A DNA stretch of 64,000 nucleotides from Armatimonadota bacterium (GCA_043754515.1 JAYUUO010000305.1:1-64000), one strand, 5' to 3'. Shown: positions 36,692 through 46,463, numbered from the stretch's first letter. A program made the numbers and translations. Notes: generated by a model from the sequence alone, not told the origin.

Positions 36692-38250
36692 CACAAATGC
36701 CTACTAAAGAAATCGAAGCGGAAGCCGTACCGGTGGCCGAGGAGCCGCAGGAGTTGTTCGACAGCACCGTCTCACGTCTAGCGGAGTCGTGGGCGGTCGC
36801 TGCTGACACTGTAGACATTTCGGCGCGTGTCGAGGCCGCCATAACATCGAAAACATCACCGCAACCGCGCTCCGCTAAGACAATCGTCGAACTTGTAGAA
36901 CGGGAAGCCGAACTCCGCACGAGCCAGGAGTGGCGCGCCTCGCGCTCGAAAAAAGCGAATGCAGGTGTTCCAACAGTCGCTCTGCCGGAACGAAAGGCTA
37001 ACACGGCGAAGACATTGTTCAACCACATCGTTGGAATGAGCGCCACAAAGGTAGACGTATCTATCACCCATCCCACGGCCGACGCGCTCGCGATGCTATC
37101 CGCGGAGGTAGCCTTCGCCCACTTCGCCCTGCCGATGAACAAGAACGGGCGAAAGCTCTACGTAGCGTTCGCCGACCCTGTCGACACCGCCTTGGTAGAC
37201 GCGATCAGCTACGCGACAGATTGTGACGTCCAACCGCTCAAGGCGGATCGCGGTGAACTCGCGGTCGCTATCGCTTACGCCAAACCCCAGCCTAATGTTG
37301 ATGCGGAGGAACAAGCGATGAGCTATGAAAGCGGAAGTTCTAACCAGAGCGGTGGGGATGAATTCGCCGCTTACTTTTCTACCCGGCATTCCGCCACTCC
37401 TCTGCCATTGCTTACCGTTGAACAGGAGCAACGTCTTGTTCGAGATATAAAGCGCGGACATATTTGGGCTAGGAAAGTGCTCTTTCGGGCGCACCTTTAT
37501 CTTGTCAACTCCGTCACGAAAAAGTACGCATCGCGCGGTTTATCAGTTGAGCATTCGGCACAAGTTGCAACTTCCGCCCTGGACGAGTCGGTCGAAACAT
37601 TCGACCGACGCGAATCTCGATTCTCAACATATGCCATGTCTCGCATCATACAGGCGTTAAATCGCGCTGTCGAGGCGGCTGAGCGAGAAGGAGCTAACGG
37701 TGTCGGTACCATTGTATCCAGAGATATGGACAACGCCTTCCCTTTCGTGGATCTCGATAAGAACACCCCCGAGCGGGACGCAATAGAAACACTGACGTCG
37801 GAGGAGGCCCATGCGTACCACGCCTTGCCGGTGAAGAAGGAAGCGCGAAAACTCTGGGTTGCTATGCGCGATCCGAAGGATGTCGGGGCAACAGATGCCA
37901 TCCGAATGGCGACGGGATGTCTCGTACAAGCGATGTACGCAAAGCCTGAACTTCTCGACGCGGCTATCTTAGCGACGTACGGGCGCGGTCTAATGCCACC
38001 GCCGCCCACCCCGCCAACCGCCGTCGGGGCACCCGCTCCGGAGCCGGGGCCGAATGACAACGGTGAGTCGGCACATCTATTGCGCGACATAATCGGCGAA
38101 CTTCGCGGGTTACACAGCGAGATCGCCGCGCTCCGTGCCGAGGTCGCGCAGATGCGCCGGGAACGCGCGGCGAACGTCCCGCATCCCTCGATCGAACGTC
38201 GTCTGTTCCCGTCCACGCCCGCCGAAAACGCCGCGCGGCGTGACGCCTAA
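36688..38250 (+). CDS. multidomain protein: T2SSE_N, degenerate sigma70 r1.2/r2, T2SSE_N, Pro linker, coiled coil
   Basis: Two PilB N-domain-like blocks (ALP...KLYVAFADP...DAI; FVDL...ALPV...KLWVAMRDP...DAI) flank PLLTVEQEQRL...HLYLVNSVTKKYASRGL...FD...RFSTYA..IIQAL.RA. Confidence 0.8.
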   Translation: MTQMPTKEIEAEAVPVAEEPQELFDSTVSRLAESWAVAADTVDISARVEAAITSKTSPQPRSAKTIVELVEREAELRTSQEWRASRSKKANAGVPTVALPERKANTAKTLFNHIVGMSATKVDVSITHPTADALAMLSAEVAFAHFALPMNKNGRKLYVAFADPVDTALVDAISYATDCDVQPLKADRGELAVAIAYAKPQPNVDAEEQAMSYESGSSNQSGGDEFAAYFSTRHSATPLPLLTVEQEQRLVRDIKRGHIWARKVLFRAHLYLVNSVTKKYASRGLSVEHSAQVATSALDESVETFDRRESRFSTYAMSRIIQALNRAVEAAEREGANGVGTIVSRDMDNAFPFVDLDKNTPERDAIETLTSEEAHAYHALPVKKEARKLWVAMRDPKDVGATDAIRMATGCLVQAMYAKPELLDAAILATYGRGLMPPPPTPPTAVGAPAPEPGPNDNGESAHLLRDIIGELRGLHSEIAALRAEVAQMRRERAANVPHPSIERRLFPSTPAENAARRDA

Positions 38251-38267
38251 CACATCAGGAGAATATT

Positions 38268-39320
38268 ATGAACGTACCGGAAGAATTGATCGCGCTCTTC
38301 GACGCAGCCCTCGCCGCGCAAGCCTCGGACATACACCTGGTCGCCGGGGAGATGCCGCGGTTGCGCGTACGCGGCGAGCTGGACCCGGTGACGAACGCGT
38401 TCCGGTTAGAACCTGTCCAACTGGAAGAGATGTTACTATCGCTATTCGCGCCACACACTCGGTCTAAGTTTCACACCGGGGTACGCACCTGCGCCGAGGT
38501 GTTGCTCGAGCACCGCGAGTTCAACTTCACCCTATTCGCCTACCGGAGCACGGGCGGACTTGCGGCCACTGTACGTATCATAAACGCTAAAATACCTACT
38601 CTCGCCGAGATCGGCGGCGATTGCGTCACGCCCTTCGCGAAATTAACCGGGTTACCCCGTGGGTTGGTGCTGATAACAGGGCCTCACGGATCCGGGAAGC
38701 AAACTACTTCTTTCGCGGTGGTACAGAAAATCAGTTCGCGGTCCTCGCGGCGCGTGCATCTGCTGGAGGAGTCGCTGGCATACCGGCTCAAGAGCGAGAA
38801 AAGTTTGATTTCACAGATAATCATCGGGCAGGACGCGCCGGATTACGCGCCCGCGATGCAGTCGCTCTATCGCGGGGCGGACCCGGACGTCGTGTATGTC
38901 GCCGATCTACCGTCGAGTGACGCCGCACAAGCAGCGCTCATGCTCGTAAGGTCCGGTCATCTGGTGATAGCGAACGCGAACGCCGCGTCAGCGGCTGACG
39001 CGCTCGCCATCCTCTGCGCCGCGCTCCCCGACGACTCGCTCGCTCTGCTCGCGGAGCACCTGGTTGCGGTCACCAACCAGCGACTGATGCCGAAGGCGGA
39101 TGGGAGCGGAAGAATCCCCGCTTACGAAATCCTGCGTGCCAGCTCAGAAATAAAGTCGGCTATACTCGATCGCTCCGATCAGGCAACATTCGCCCGTATT
39201 ATGGAGTCGGGGGTTGACGGAATGCGAACGATACCGCAAGTGGCCGCCCAACATATTCCGGAGGGCGCGGTGTCTAAGGACGCAGCCACGGCGCTTCTAC
39301 GCGATTATTCTACGACTTGA
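38268..39320 (+). CDS. PilT/PilU-like ATPase with degenerate catalytic motifs
   Basis: ASDIHLVAG..PRLRVRGEL, IPTLAEIG, GLVLITGPHGSGKQTT, DPDVVYV, SGHLVIA, GRIPAYEIL and GMRT motifs. Confidence 0.85.
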   Translation: MNVPEELIALFDAALAAQASDIHLVAGEMPRLRVRGELDPVTNAFRLEPVQLEEMLLSLFAPHTRSKFHTGVRTCAEVLLEHREFNFTLFAYRSTGGLAATVRIINAKIPTLAEIGGDCVTPFAKLTGLPRGLVLITGPHGSGKQTTSFAVVQKISSRSSRRVHLLEESLAYRLKSEKSLISQIIIGQDAPDYAPAMQSLYRGADPDVVYVADLPSSDAAQAALMLVRSGHLVIANANAASAADALAILCAALPDDSLALLAEHLVAVTNQRLMPKADGSGRIPAYEILRASSEIKSAILDRSDQATFARIMESGVDGMRTIPQVAAQHIPEGAVSKDAATALLRDYSTT

Positions 39321-39981
39321 CGCCGGTGTATTTAAGGCGGCAGTTGAGGAACCCGGCTACTTCACTGGCGAGAGAAAGTAGTTCCCGTTCCTCATAGCCG
39401 TTGTAGATCAGGAGCTCGTATCCGTCCGTGTGGAGCACTTCGAGAAGGTAGAGATACCGGTCATCTGGGTCCTTCGTCTCGCGGATTGCGATGCACTCGA
39501 CGCGGCGTAACGACACCAGACGTTTCTTGTTTTCGTAAAGGTAGCCTGACTCCTTATCGAACAAGAAGATCAGAGCCGCGCCGTAGGACTTCTTGATGTA
39601 AAGGGGCACGCCAACGAGAAGCGCCAGGATCCCGATGATCCAGAATAGAGCGAAGTGATTTGTGGTCGGCGAGAAGGCGCGGGTGGCTTCGACACTACCG
39701 GTCGCTTGCGCTGACTGTCCGCCCTGCATCATGCCGAGAAAGCCGATCAGCGTGATGGCAAGCATGGCCACCGCGAAGAAGATGTAGACCTCGACGCCCA
39801 GGCCCCCAGCGTTCTCGCGGCGCAAGGAGAGTGATTCCAGGTCGCGATGGACACTCAGCGGGCCGATCTGTTTGGGGTAATCCTCGTAAGGATTGAGACG
39901 GGGCAGGGAGAGGATTGATTCCTCCCGTTCTTGTTCGCGCCCCTCCTCGCCGCGGGCGAAGTCTTCCGTGCGGTACGCCAT
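39310..39981 (-). CDS. hypothetical membrane protein (2 TM)
   Basis: Two hydrophobic helices followed by a soluble C-terminal domain. Lies directly downstream of the CtpA gene. Confidence 0.7.
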   Translation of the reverse strand: MAYRTEDFARGEEGREQEREESILSLPRLNPYEDYPKQIGPLSVHRDLESLSLRRENAGGLGVEVYIFFAVAMLAITLIGFLGMMQGGQSAQATGSVEATRAFSPTTNHFALFWIIGILALLVGVPLYIKKSYGAALIFLFDKESGYLYENKKRLVSLRRVECIAIRETKDPDDRYLYLLEVLHTDGYELLIYNGYEERELLSLASEVAGFLNCRLKYTGVKS

Positions 39982-39990
39982 GGTGTAACC

Positions 39991-41331
39991 TTATCGTGCT
40001 TCTAACTGCTTTCGCAGGATTTCGAGGGCAGTTTGCATCTGCGGGTCGAGCCGGTCCGGTGCGAGCCGATCACGCGGATTGGAACGCCGTGCTTCGCGCA
40101 TATGCTCCCAATCGGAGTCGGTTAACTCCATCGTCACATCCGGGATTATACCGCCGCTGATGCGGGCTCCGGTTAGCGGATCATATTTCTTGTTGATGTC
40201 GGTTTTGTTCGGCGTGAAGTAATGTTGCGTAGTCACCTTCACGGCGGAGTCATCGTCGAGCGGAAAGATGGTCTGCACCAGTCCCTTCCCGAACGTCCGT
40301 GTACCGACTAGCGTGCCTACCTCGTGATCTTTAATCGCGCCCGCGACGATCTCCGCCGCCGACGCGGAGTTGCCGTTCACGAGCACCACGACCGGATACT
40401 TACCCGAGGACAGGCCGCCCTGGTGCTTGCCCCGCTCCACCGAGAGCGGCGACATCTTGCCGCTTTTCTCCTGTATCCAGACCACGGTTCCCTCGGCGAC
40501 GAAGCGCGACGCGAGGTCCTGCGCCACCGTCAGCAGCCCGCCGGGATTGTCACGTAGGTCGAAGATCAACCCCCGCATCTTTCTACCTTCGAGTTTTGCC
40601 AGCGCGGACGCGAACTGAGTGTCGGCCGTCTCGCCGAACATTGAGAGGGAGATGTATCCGATGTGTGAGGGCTCGTCCTCCATGCGCGACTCGACCAGGG
40701 GGGTCGCGACCAGAGCGCGAGTGAGAAGCACCTGCATCGGCGCGGGGTGGTTCGCGCGCGCGATAGTGATTCGGACGGTGCTACCGGGATCACCTTTGAT
40801 GCGCTCGATAGTGGCGTCCAGCGTTTTGCCGCTGACCGCGACGCCATCCACCTGAGTCACGATGTCGCCGGGAAGTATGCCCATCTTTGCCGCCGGGGAG
40901 TCTGTGATGGTGTCCATGACGACCACCTTCTTGTCACCCGAAATGTCGAGGGTGGCACCGATACCGGCGAAGACGCCGCTGGTCTCCTCCATGTTGCTGG
41001 CATATTCTTTAGGCGTCCAGAACTCGGTGTACCTATCATGGAGCGTCGCCAGCATGCCGTCTATGGCGGCGTAGGTGAGGGCAACGGCATCCGGCGTTTT
41101 GGCCCCCTCTTTCTGCGGCGCATATTCCGAGCGGATGATGTTCAGCACCGCGAGGTAAGTCTCGGTGGGCTTCAGCGTTTGGATAGGGGGCACCCCCCAG
41201 CCCGCGCGTGCCCCCCCGAGACTACTACCTAAATTATCCGAGACGGTGTCGGCCTGCGTCCCACAGGCGAAACCGGCCACCGCGAGAGCGACTAGAAACA
41301 CGACTCGTCGCGTGAGGTTCGGGTTCCTCAT
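39991..41331 (-). CDS. ctpA: carboxyl-terminal processing protease, S41A (CtpA type)
   Basis: PDZ domain FAGIGA, DLRDNPGGLL, SASAAE (catalytic Ser) and TFGKGLVQ (catalytic Lys). Confidence 0.92.
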   Translation of the reverse strand: MRNPNLTRRVVFLVALAVAGFACGTQADTVSDNLGSSLGGARAGWGVPPIQTLKPTETYLAVLNIIRSEYAPQKEGAKTPDAVALTYAAIDGMLATLHDRYTEFWTPKEYASNMEETSGVFAGIGATLDISGDKKVVVMDTITDSPAAKMGILPGDIVTQVDGVAVSGKTLDATIERIKGDPGSTVRITIARANHPAPMQVLLTRALVATPLVESRMEDEPSHIGYISLSMFGETADTQFASALAKLEGRKMRGLIFDLRDNPGGLLTVAQDLASRFVAEGTVVWIQEKSGKMSPLSVERGKHQGGLSSGKYPVVVLVNGNSASAAEIVAGAIKDHEVGTLVGTRTFGKGLVQTIFPLDDDSAVKVTTQHYFTPNKTDINKKYDPLTGARISGGIIPDVTMELTDSDWEHMREARRSNPRDRLAPDRLDPQMQTALEILRKQLEAR

Positions 41332-42782
41332 CGTTTCTCCCCTTGCCCATGTCGGCGGGTTGCCACCACGACACCCCCCACGCGTCCGGCAACCGCTGTC
41401 GCCCGCTCAACCGTTTGAGCGTCGGTGAGTCCTGGAGGCAGGAGCGAGCGCGGCGTCAACCCGACCCGCTCCCACCCCGTCCCCTTCGGGCTGATTAACC
41501 TACCCGTCGTGAGAACAAACGCCGACCCGTCCGCGAGCGGGTACCGCGTCTGCGACCGGCCGTCGCCCCACGTCCGTCGCGCGCCGACGATGGTGGCACC
41601 GCTGTCCGCCAGATACGCCGCGAGTGCCTCTGCAAGTCCCGCCGTTCCCCGGTCGGTGAGTACCGAAACCCGAAGCGGTTTGGGCGACACTTGCCGGAGC
41701 GCGATGGGCAGAGGCGACAACCTACCCCTGGCCCCGATTTCTATCACGAACGGGCCACTCGGGCGGGCGAGGTCAGACGCGATGTTTTCCGCGATGTCGA
41801 GTAGCCCGATCCCGGCGTTCTGCCGAAGATCGAGGACTAGGCTCTCGCCCACCCCGGCGGAACGGATCGCGTTCCCAACAGCGGCTCGCGAGTCGGGCGT
41901 GAAGGCACCGACCCGGACGTAGAGGGATGGCCTACCCGCCGCCATCTGATGCCGTATCAGGGCTTGGGGGGCCACGGTAATCGCGTCCGTGACCGCGACG
42001 GAGAGCGGCTTGGCGACGCCCTCACGCCGGACGGTGAGAATATGCTTCTCCGACAACCCCTCGCGTAACTGCGCGCGAGCGACGAGGAGACCTATCCCGT
42101 CACGGATGGGGATGTTCCTGCCCGTGCCGGACGTATCGTCGGTAGGAACCGGTGCCGGCGTCGCTAACTTATCTACCGCCAAATATGGGTTATCCGCCAG
42201 GATGTAGTGGCCGTCAATGTGGGTGATCCTGTCGCCGGTACGTAGCCCCGCTTTTGCCGCCGGGGATCCCGGTATTGGGGCGACTACGAGGAGTCGCATT
42301 TCCGTGTAGCCGCTCCCCGTCTTCTCGGAGCGGACCGCCGTGACGGCACCGATCCCGGCGAAACTGCCCCGGCTCTCCCCGTCGGCGAGGCGACACTCGG
42401 CGGGACTCTGGTAGGAAGATTGCTCGTCCTCGAGCGCGGCCAACATGGATTGGACCGCGCCTCGGCTCATAGCCGCGTCAGTCGGAAGGGAGTCAACGTA
42501 TTCGCTACGGACGAGGTCGTGGACCTGCGCGAAAGTTCCGGCCGCGGCGCGCAACCGCTTATCCAATAAGGCAACTCTTGACTTATTTAGTTTTGCTCGG
42601 AGCCGCGTTACGGACGGTTGTCCCGTCTGGGCAACCCGGTCCTCTGGCGAAACGACCGGGCGCGGCACCGGGATGCTCCGATGCCAGTGATCGCCACCCA
42701 GAAAACATAGGCCGAAAGCGGCGACAGCCATTAACGCGAACCACGGGGAGGGTTTAGGGGACGATGTTGGGGACCTTGTCAT
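41328..42782 (-). CDS. S41 peptidase homologue, predicted catalytically inactive
   Basis: PDZ FAGIGA and LVLDLRQN are present, but TAGLAE replaces SASASE and TWGDG replaces TFGKG. Confidence 0.82.
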   Translation of the reverse strand: MTRSPTSSPKPSPWFALMAVAAFGLCFLGGDHWHRSIPVPRPVVSPEDRVAQTGQPSVTRLRAKLNKSRVALLDKRLRAAAGTFAQVHDLVRSEYVDSLPTDAAMSRGAVQSMLAALEDEQSSYQSPAECRLADGESRGSFAGIGAVTAVRSEKTGSGYTEMRLLVVAPIPGSPAAKAGLRTGDRITHIDGHYILADNPYLAVDKLATPAPVPTDDTSGTGRNIPIRDGIGLLVARAQLREGLSEKHILTVRREGVAKPLSVAVTDAITVAPQALIRHQMAAGRPSLYVRVGAFTPDSRAAVGNAIRSAGVGESLVLDLRQNAGIGLLDIAENIASDLARPSGPFVIEIGARGRLSPLPIALRQVSPKPLRVSVLTDRGTAGLAEALAAYLADSGATIVGARRTWGDGRSQTRYPLADGSAFVLTTGRLISPKGTGWERVGLTPRSLLPPGLTDAQTVERATAVAGRVGGVVVATRRHGQGEKR

Positions 42783-43039
42783 TGGGTTGGTTTGCCGTCG
42801 AAAATCGGTGCGCGATCAGGGTTGCTAGGAACGATCCCGTCGGTTGATTATACCACCGAGGGGAGACGTATCCCTCAGGCGTGATATTATCCGCGGAGAG
42901 AAGTAGCAACGGCCCCGCTTATTAATCACTTTTCGGGTTGTTTAGGTTTGGTAAAAAACTGGTAATCCGGCGGGGTAGTCTAGCATGATTCTTGCAAGTG
43001 CCAGATCTGGTTGGCGCGGAAAAGGATCACGACTCGCTC

Positions 43040-44392
43040 ATGCACATGATTGCTTGGATTTTATTAGCTCTCGCGGTGATCGCCGCCCTTATCGGTTTTG
43101 CCGGGCAGAGGGATCTCAAGAAACGTCTGCGAGAGGCGACGGCAAGGATCGCGGAACAAGAAGCCACGCGGGGCGCGCCGGAGAAGTGGCCCGTGGCACT
43201 CGCTACCAACGGCGTCGCAGTCCCGGTGCCAGACGTTGCGGTGCTAGCGGATGCAGAGAAGAGACTCGCCGCTACCTTGTCCGACGTGAAGCGTCTGGAA
43301 AGCGCGGTCACGGAAGCGCATCAACATCTGTCGGCAGAGCGGGAGAAAACCGAGGTGGCCGTCGCCCGCGCGAACGCCGCCGATGGCAAGGCCGCGCAGG
43401 CCCGATCCAAATCGGCCGAGGCCGGGTACAGCGCGGTGCTGGACGCCCGGAAAGAGGCGGATCTGGCGCGGGAGAAACTGTCCGACGCGGAGAAAAGGCT
43501 CCTCGCTGTCGCCGACGCAGAGAAGCAGATACAGGAACTCTCGGACGCCGCGCGGCTGGCTAGCGCGGCGGTGACCGCTAGTGAAAAACACGTTGCATTA
43601 CTTCAAGCCGAGACGGAGGAGCTACGAGAGTCACTCCGACAAGCCGAGACCCACGTGAGCATGGCTTCGCAAGGCGCGGTGGCAGAACGGGCAGCGGCGG
43701 AAGTCATCCTGCGTGACGGGTATGAGGCGCGGTTACGCGATGCGAGGACGGTTTTCGAGAGCGATCTCCGCACGCGGCTCGAGGCGGAGCGCGAGCGATT
43801 CGAGGGGGAGCAACGCCGATTGTCGCTGGAGCTAGAGAAAGCACGTTTAGACGCCGCGAACCGTGCCACAGTCGCCTCTCCCGCCCATGAGTCCATGGAA
43901 CCCCCGCCCCCGATACGTGCCCGCCCCATAACTGCCAAAAGCGCGGAGATAGACGGGGGAACCGAAGACCGACCGCTCGTGATCATAGCCGACACGGACG
44001 CGAACGCGGTTAAGATAATCGCGAAATACCTGGAAGCGGGCGGCTACCGAGCGCAATCGGCGGCCTCGTTCGCCGACGCGCTGGAGGCGGCACGAGCCAC
44101 CCCGCCGGTCGCCCTGGCACTCGACGGCGCGAATCTACCGGACGGTGACTTCTGGGAGGTACTCGCCTCTTTGAAAGAAGACCCGGATCTCAAGGAGATA
44201 CCGATCCTCCTGTTCGCGCCTGCCAAGGATCGGGAGCGGGCATTGGAGATGGGCGCGGCGGGCTGTTTCGCGAAACCCGTGGACAAGTCAGTGTTTATCG
44301 CCACGATCAAGCAAGCTATGGTGAAACGTAAACAGCGGGCGCGCCTCGCGGCGGTCTCGGTCGGGTCGCGGCGAACGACGCCCGCCCCTTAG
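43040..44392 (+). CDS. membrane-anchored coiled-coil protein with C-terminal receiver domain
   Basis: N-terminal TM, long A/E/R heptad region, Pro-rich linker, then REC domain (VIIADTD...LALD...LPDGD.WEVL...FAKP). Confidence 0.8.
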   Translation: MHMIAWILLALAVIAALIGFAGQRDLKKRLREATARIAEQEATRGAPEKWPVALATNGVAVPVPDVAVLADAEKRLAATLSDVKRLESAVTEAHQHLSAEREKTEVAVARANAADGKAAQARSKSAEAGYSAVLDARKEADLAREKLSDAEKRLLAVADAEKQIQELSDAARLASAAVTASEKHVALLQAETEELRESLRQAETHVSMASQGAVAERAAAEVILRDGYEARLRDARTVFESDLRTRLEAERERFEGEQRRLSLELEKARLDAANRATVASPAHESMEPPPPIRARPITAKSAEIDGGTEDRPLVIIADTDANAVKIIAKYLEAGGYRAQSAASFADALEAARATPPVALALDGANLPDGDFWEVLASLKEDPDLKEIPILLFAPAKDRERALEMGAAGCFAKPVDKSVFIATIKQAMVKRKQRARLAAVSVGSRRTTPAP

Positions 44393-44581
44393 AGCGGGCG
44401 TCAGTGTCCCCCCGCGGCGAAGCGGGCGACGCTATCGAAGTCGGCGGCGGGCGTCGTTCGCCGCGATCCGACCGAGACCGCCGCGAGGCGCGCCCCGGTA
44501 TGTGAGGCACTCCAGAGCGGGGGCTACCGAGGTGGCACGCGGGGCAAGTTCCCCGGATATAGTCGGGAGGCCCGCCATCCG

Positions 44582-45601
44582 CTACAATCCGCTACCCCCG
44601 AACCCAGGCATGTCGCCGGTTGGGAGCGAGCCGCCACCCGGCACTGCGACTCCGCCGCCGGGACCCGCCTTGCGCGGCTCGCTGACGGACACGATCATGC
44701 GCTCGAAAGCGGGCTTCAGCTTAGGCCAATCCCGTTCAGAGCATTCACAAACCACGTTCACGATGTAGTTATTACCCCCGACCGTTGTGCGATAGCCATG
44801 CCGCTTACCGCCGAATCCGTACTGATTCCCGCTCGCCGTCCACTCGCTCCAGCGCAGGTCAGGCAATAACTCCCGGTTGTTCTCGTCGGGCACGATGCCG
44901 GTCATCCGGGGGATCATCTCCGGGGTAGGCTCGACCCGTTTCGACTTGTAGTGCGCGAACCGCTTCTTGAAAACGCGCCCGTGCGCTTGATAGATGGGCG
45001 TGGCGCGGGAATGAGCGAATCCCGATGGGATCGGGTCGTCGCCGAACATGAGTTGCGCTTTAATCAGACCTGTAACACTACTTACCGACACCTCGACGTC
45101 GGCGTCCCCCCTTTTTGCGGTAACGCCATCGCTGATTGCCGCTTCCGTACTCGTGGACGCGTTCCCTTCCGACTTGATTTCCCACTTCTTGGGCAGTTCG
45201 CACGCGAATGATTGGTCGCTCGCGGTGAAAGTGGTCCACTCCGTCGGCGCGTCAACCGGCGCCGAAGGTATGAACAGCGTGCCAATCCAGATAAGGATCA
45301 CGGCCGCCACGCCGCCACCGATGTAAGTTGGTAAGCGACTCGGCACTTCCGCGTCGTCCTCGGGAGGAGCGGGGTAGGATGTCGGGCGAGTCGGCAACGC
45401 GCCCGTCGGCGGTGGCATGTTGCCGCCGGGAACAGGCGGGACGTACGGGCTACCCGGGGGCAACGGTTGCACGACGCGGGGAGCGTATGGCGCGGTGCCG
45501 GGTTGCACGGGCGGTGCTTCCGACTTAGGTGTTAGGGCGGCCTCGCCGCCGAGCGGCTTCAGACCGCCAATCTGCGTCAGTTCATCGGCAAATTTGCTCA
45601 T
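44582..45601 (-). CDS. hypothetical bitopic membrane protein with Pro-rich N-terminus
   Basis: GGAG SD, Pro-rich N-terminal segment, one TM helix and a soluble domain. Confidence 0.7.
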   Translation of the reverse strand: MSKFADELTQIGGLKPLGGEAALTPKSEAPPVQPGTAPYAPRVVQPLPPGSPYVPPVPGGNMPPPTGALPTRPTSYPAPPEDDAEVPSRLPTYIGGGVAAVILIWIGTLFIPSAPVDAPTEWTTFTASDQSFACELPKKWEIKSEGNASTSTEAAISDGVTAKRGDADVEVSVSSVTGLIKAQLMFGDDPIPSGFAHSRATPIYQAHGRVFKKRFAHYKSKRVEPTPEMIPRMTGIVPDENNRELLPDLRWSEWTASGNQYGFGGKRHGYRTTVGGNNYIVNVVCECSERDWPKLKPAFERMIVSVSEPRKAGPGGGVAVPGGGSLPTGDMPGFGGSGL

Positions 45602-45739
45602 ACCATCTCCTGTCGTACGTGATGGATGTATATTCGCCGTTTACTCCCTTCGCTCCTGCACCGGGGAAAATTAAAGCGGGAATGGCGCGGCACAATCGCG
45701 CGGCACCTCGATCACCCGACGATTCCTATAACCCCGCCG

Positions 45740-46405
45740 CTATTTATTGCCTTCTTCGATCACCGCCCGATCTTCCGCGTCGAAGAACTTGCCCTTCTGC
45801 TCCTCGTTCTCCCCCAAGGATCGGGACCGGAACTTACTCATGGCCTGGGAGACCCCTCTCATCGCGGACCTGTGTCCGAGAGGCGAGGCGGCATATGTCG
45901 CGCTACTATCGCGAGTGAAGCCCATTGTCTCCCCCGTCGCGATAGCGTCCTGGTTCGCCGCGAGGAACACGAACTCCCAAGAATAAATGTCGCGCTGATG
46001 CGTGATCTTATCCGAGATGCTCGCGCGGGAGAACCGATGGGACGCGTTTTCCATCCCGTCCGTGAGCGTCACGAACAGCACCTTCCCCGGACGGTCCGCC
46101 TCCGCGAGCGTCGCGAGGCGCGCACCCGTCTCGTCTATCGCCTGACCGATGGCGTCGAGAAGCGCGGTGCTCCCGCGCGGGACGAACGTCGTCTCGTTCA
46201 GCGGCGCGACGGACGCGAGCGGCGTGAACTCAGATAGCTTCTCGTACTGATCATCGAACTGAACCAGAGTCAGCGTGGCCGCTCCCGGTTCGGCTTGCTG
46301 GTCGCGCAAGAACGTGTTGAAGCCACCGATGGCGTCGGAGCGCATGCTCTCCATCGAGCCGGAACGGTCCAACACCAGGGTAATGTGGGTGTAGTCTGCT
46401 TTCAT
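45740..46405 (-). CDS. von Willebrand factor A domain protein
   Basis: MIDAS motif DRSGSM, plus TALLDAIG and TDGMENAS. GGAGG upstream of ATG 46405. Confidence 0.9.
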   Translation of the reverse strand: MKADYTHITLVLDRSGSMESMRSDAIGGFNTFLRDQQAEPGAATLTLVQFDDQYEKLSEFTPLASVAPLNETTFVPRGSTALLDAIGQAIDETGARLATLAEADRPGKVLFVTLTDGMENASHRFSRASISDKITHQRDIYSWEFVFLAANQDAIATGETMGFTRDSSATYAASPLGHRSAMRGVSQAMSKFRSRSLGENEEQKGKFFDAEDRAVIEEGNK

Positions 46406-46463
46406 GTGAATCCTCCCGTACAAGTAATCACTACGTGAAAGACGAACCGGAAAGTGTCCCCGA

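Noticed and set aside
44393..44581. Possible ncRNA in a GC-rich intergenic region
   Set aside because: Only an imperfect GC stem between convergent genes, with no promoter or family signature.
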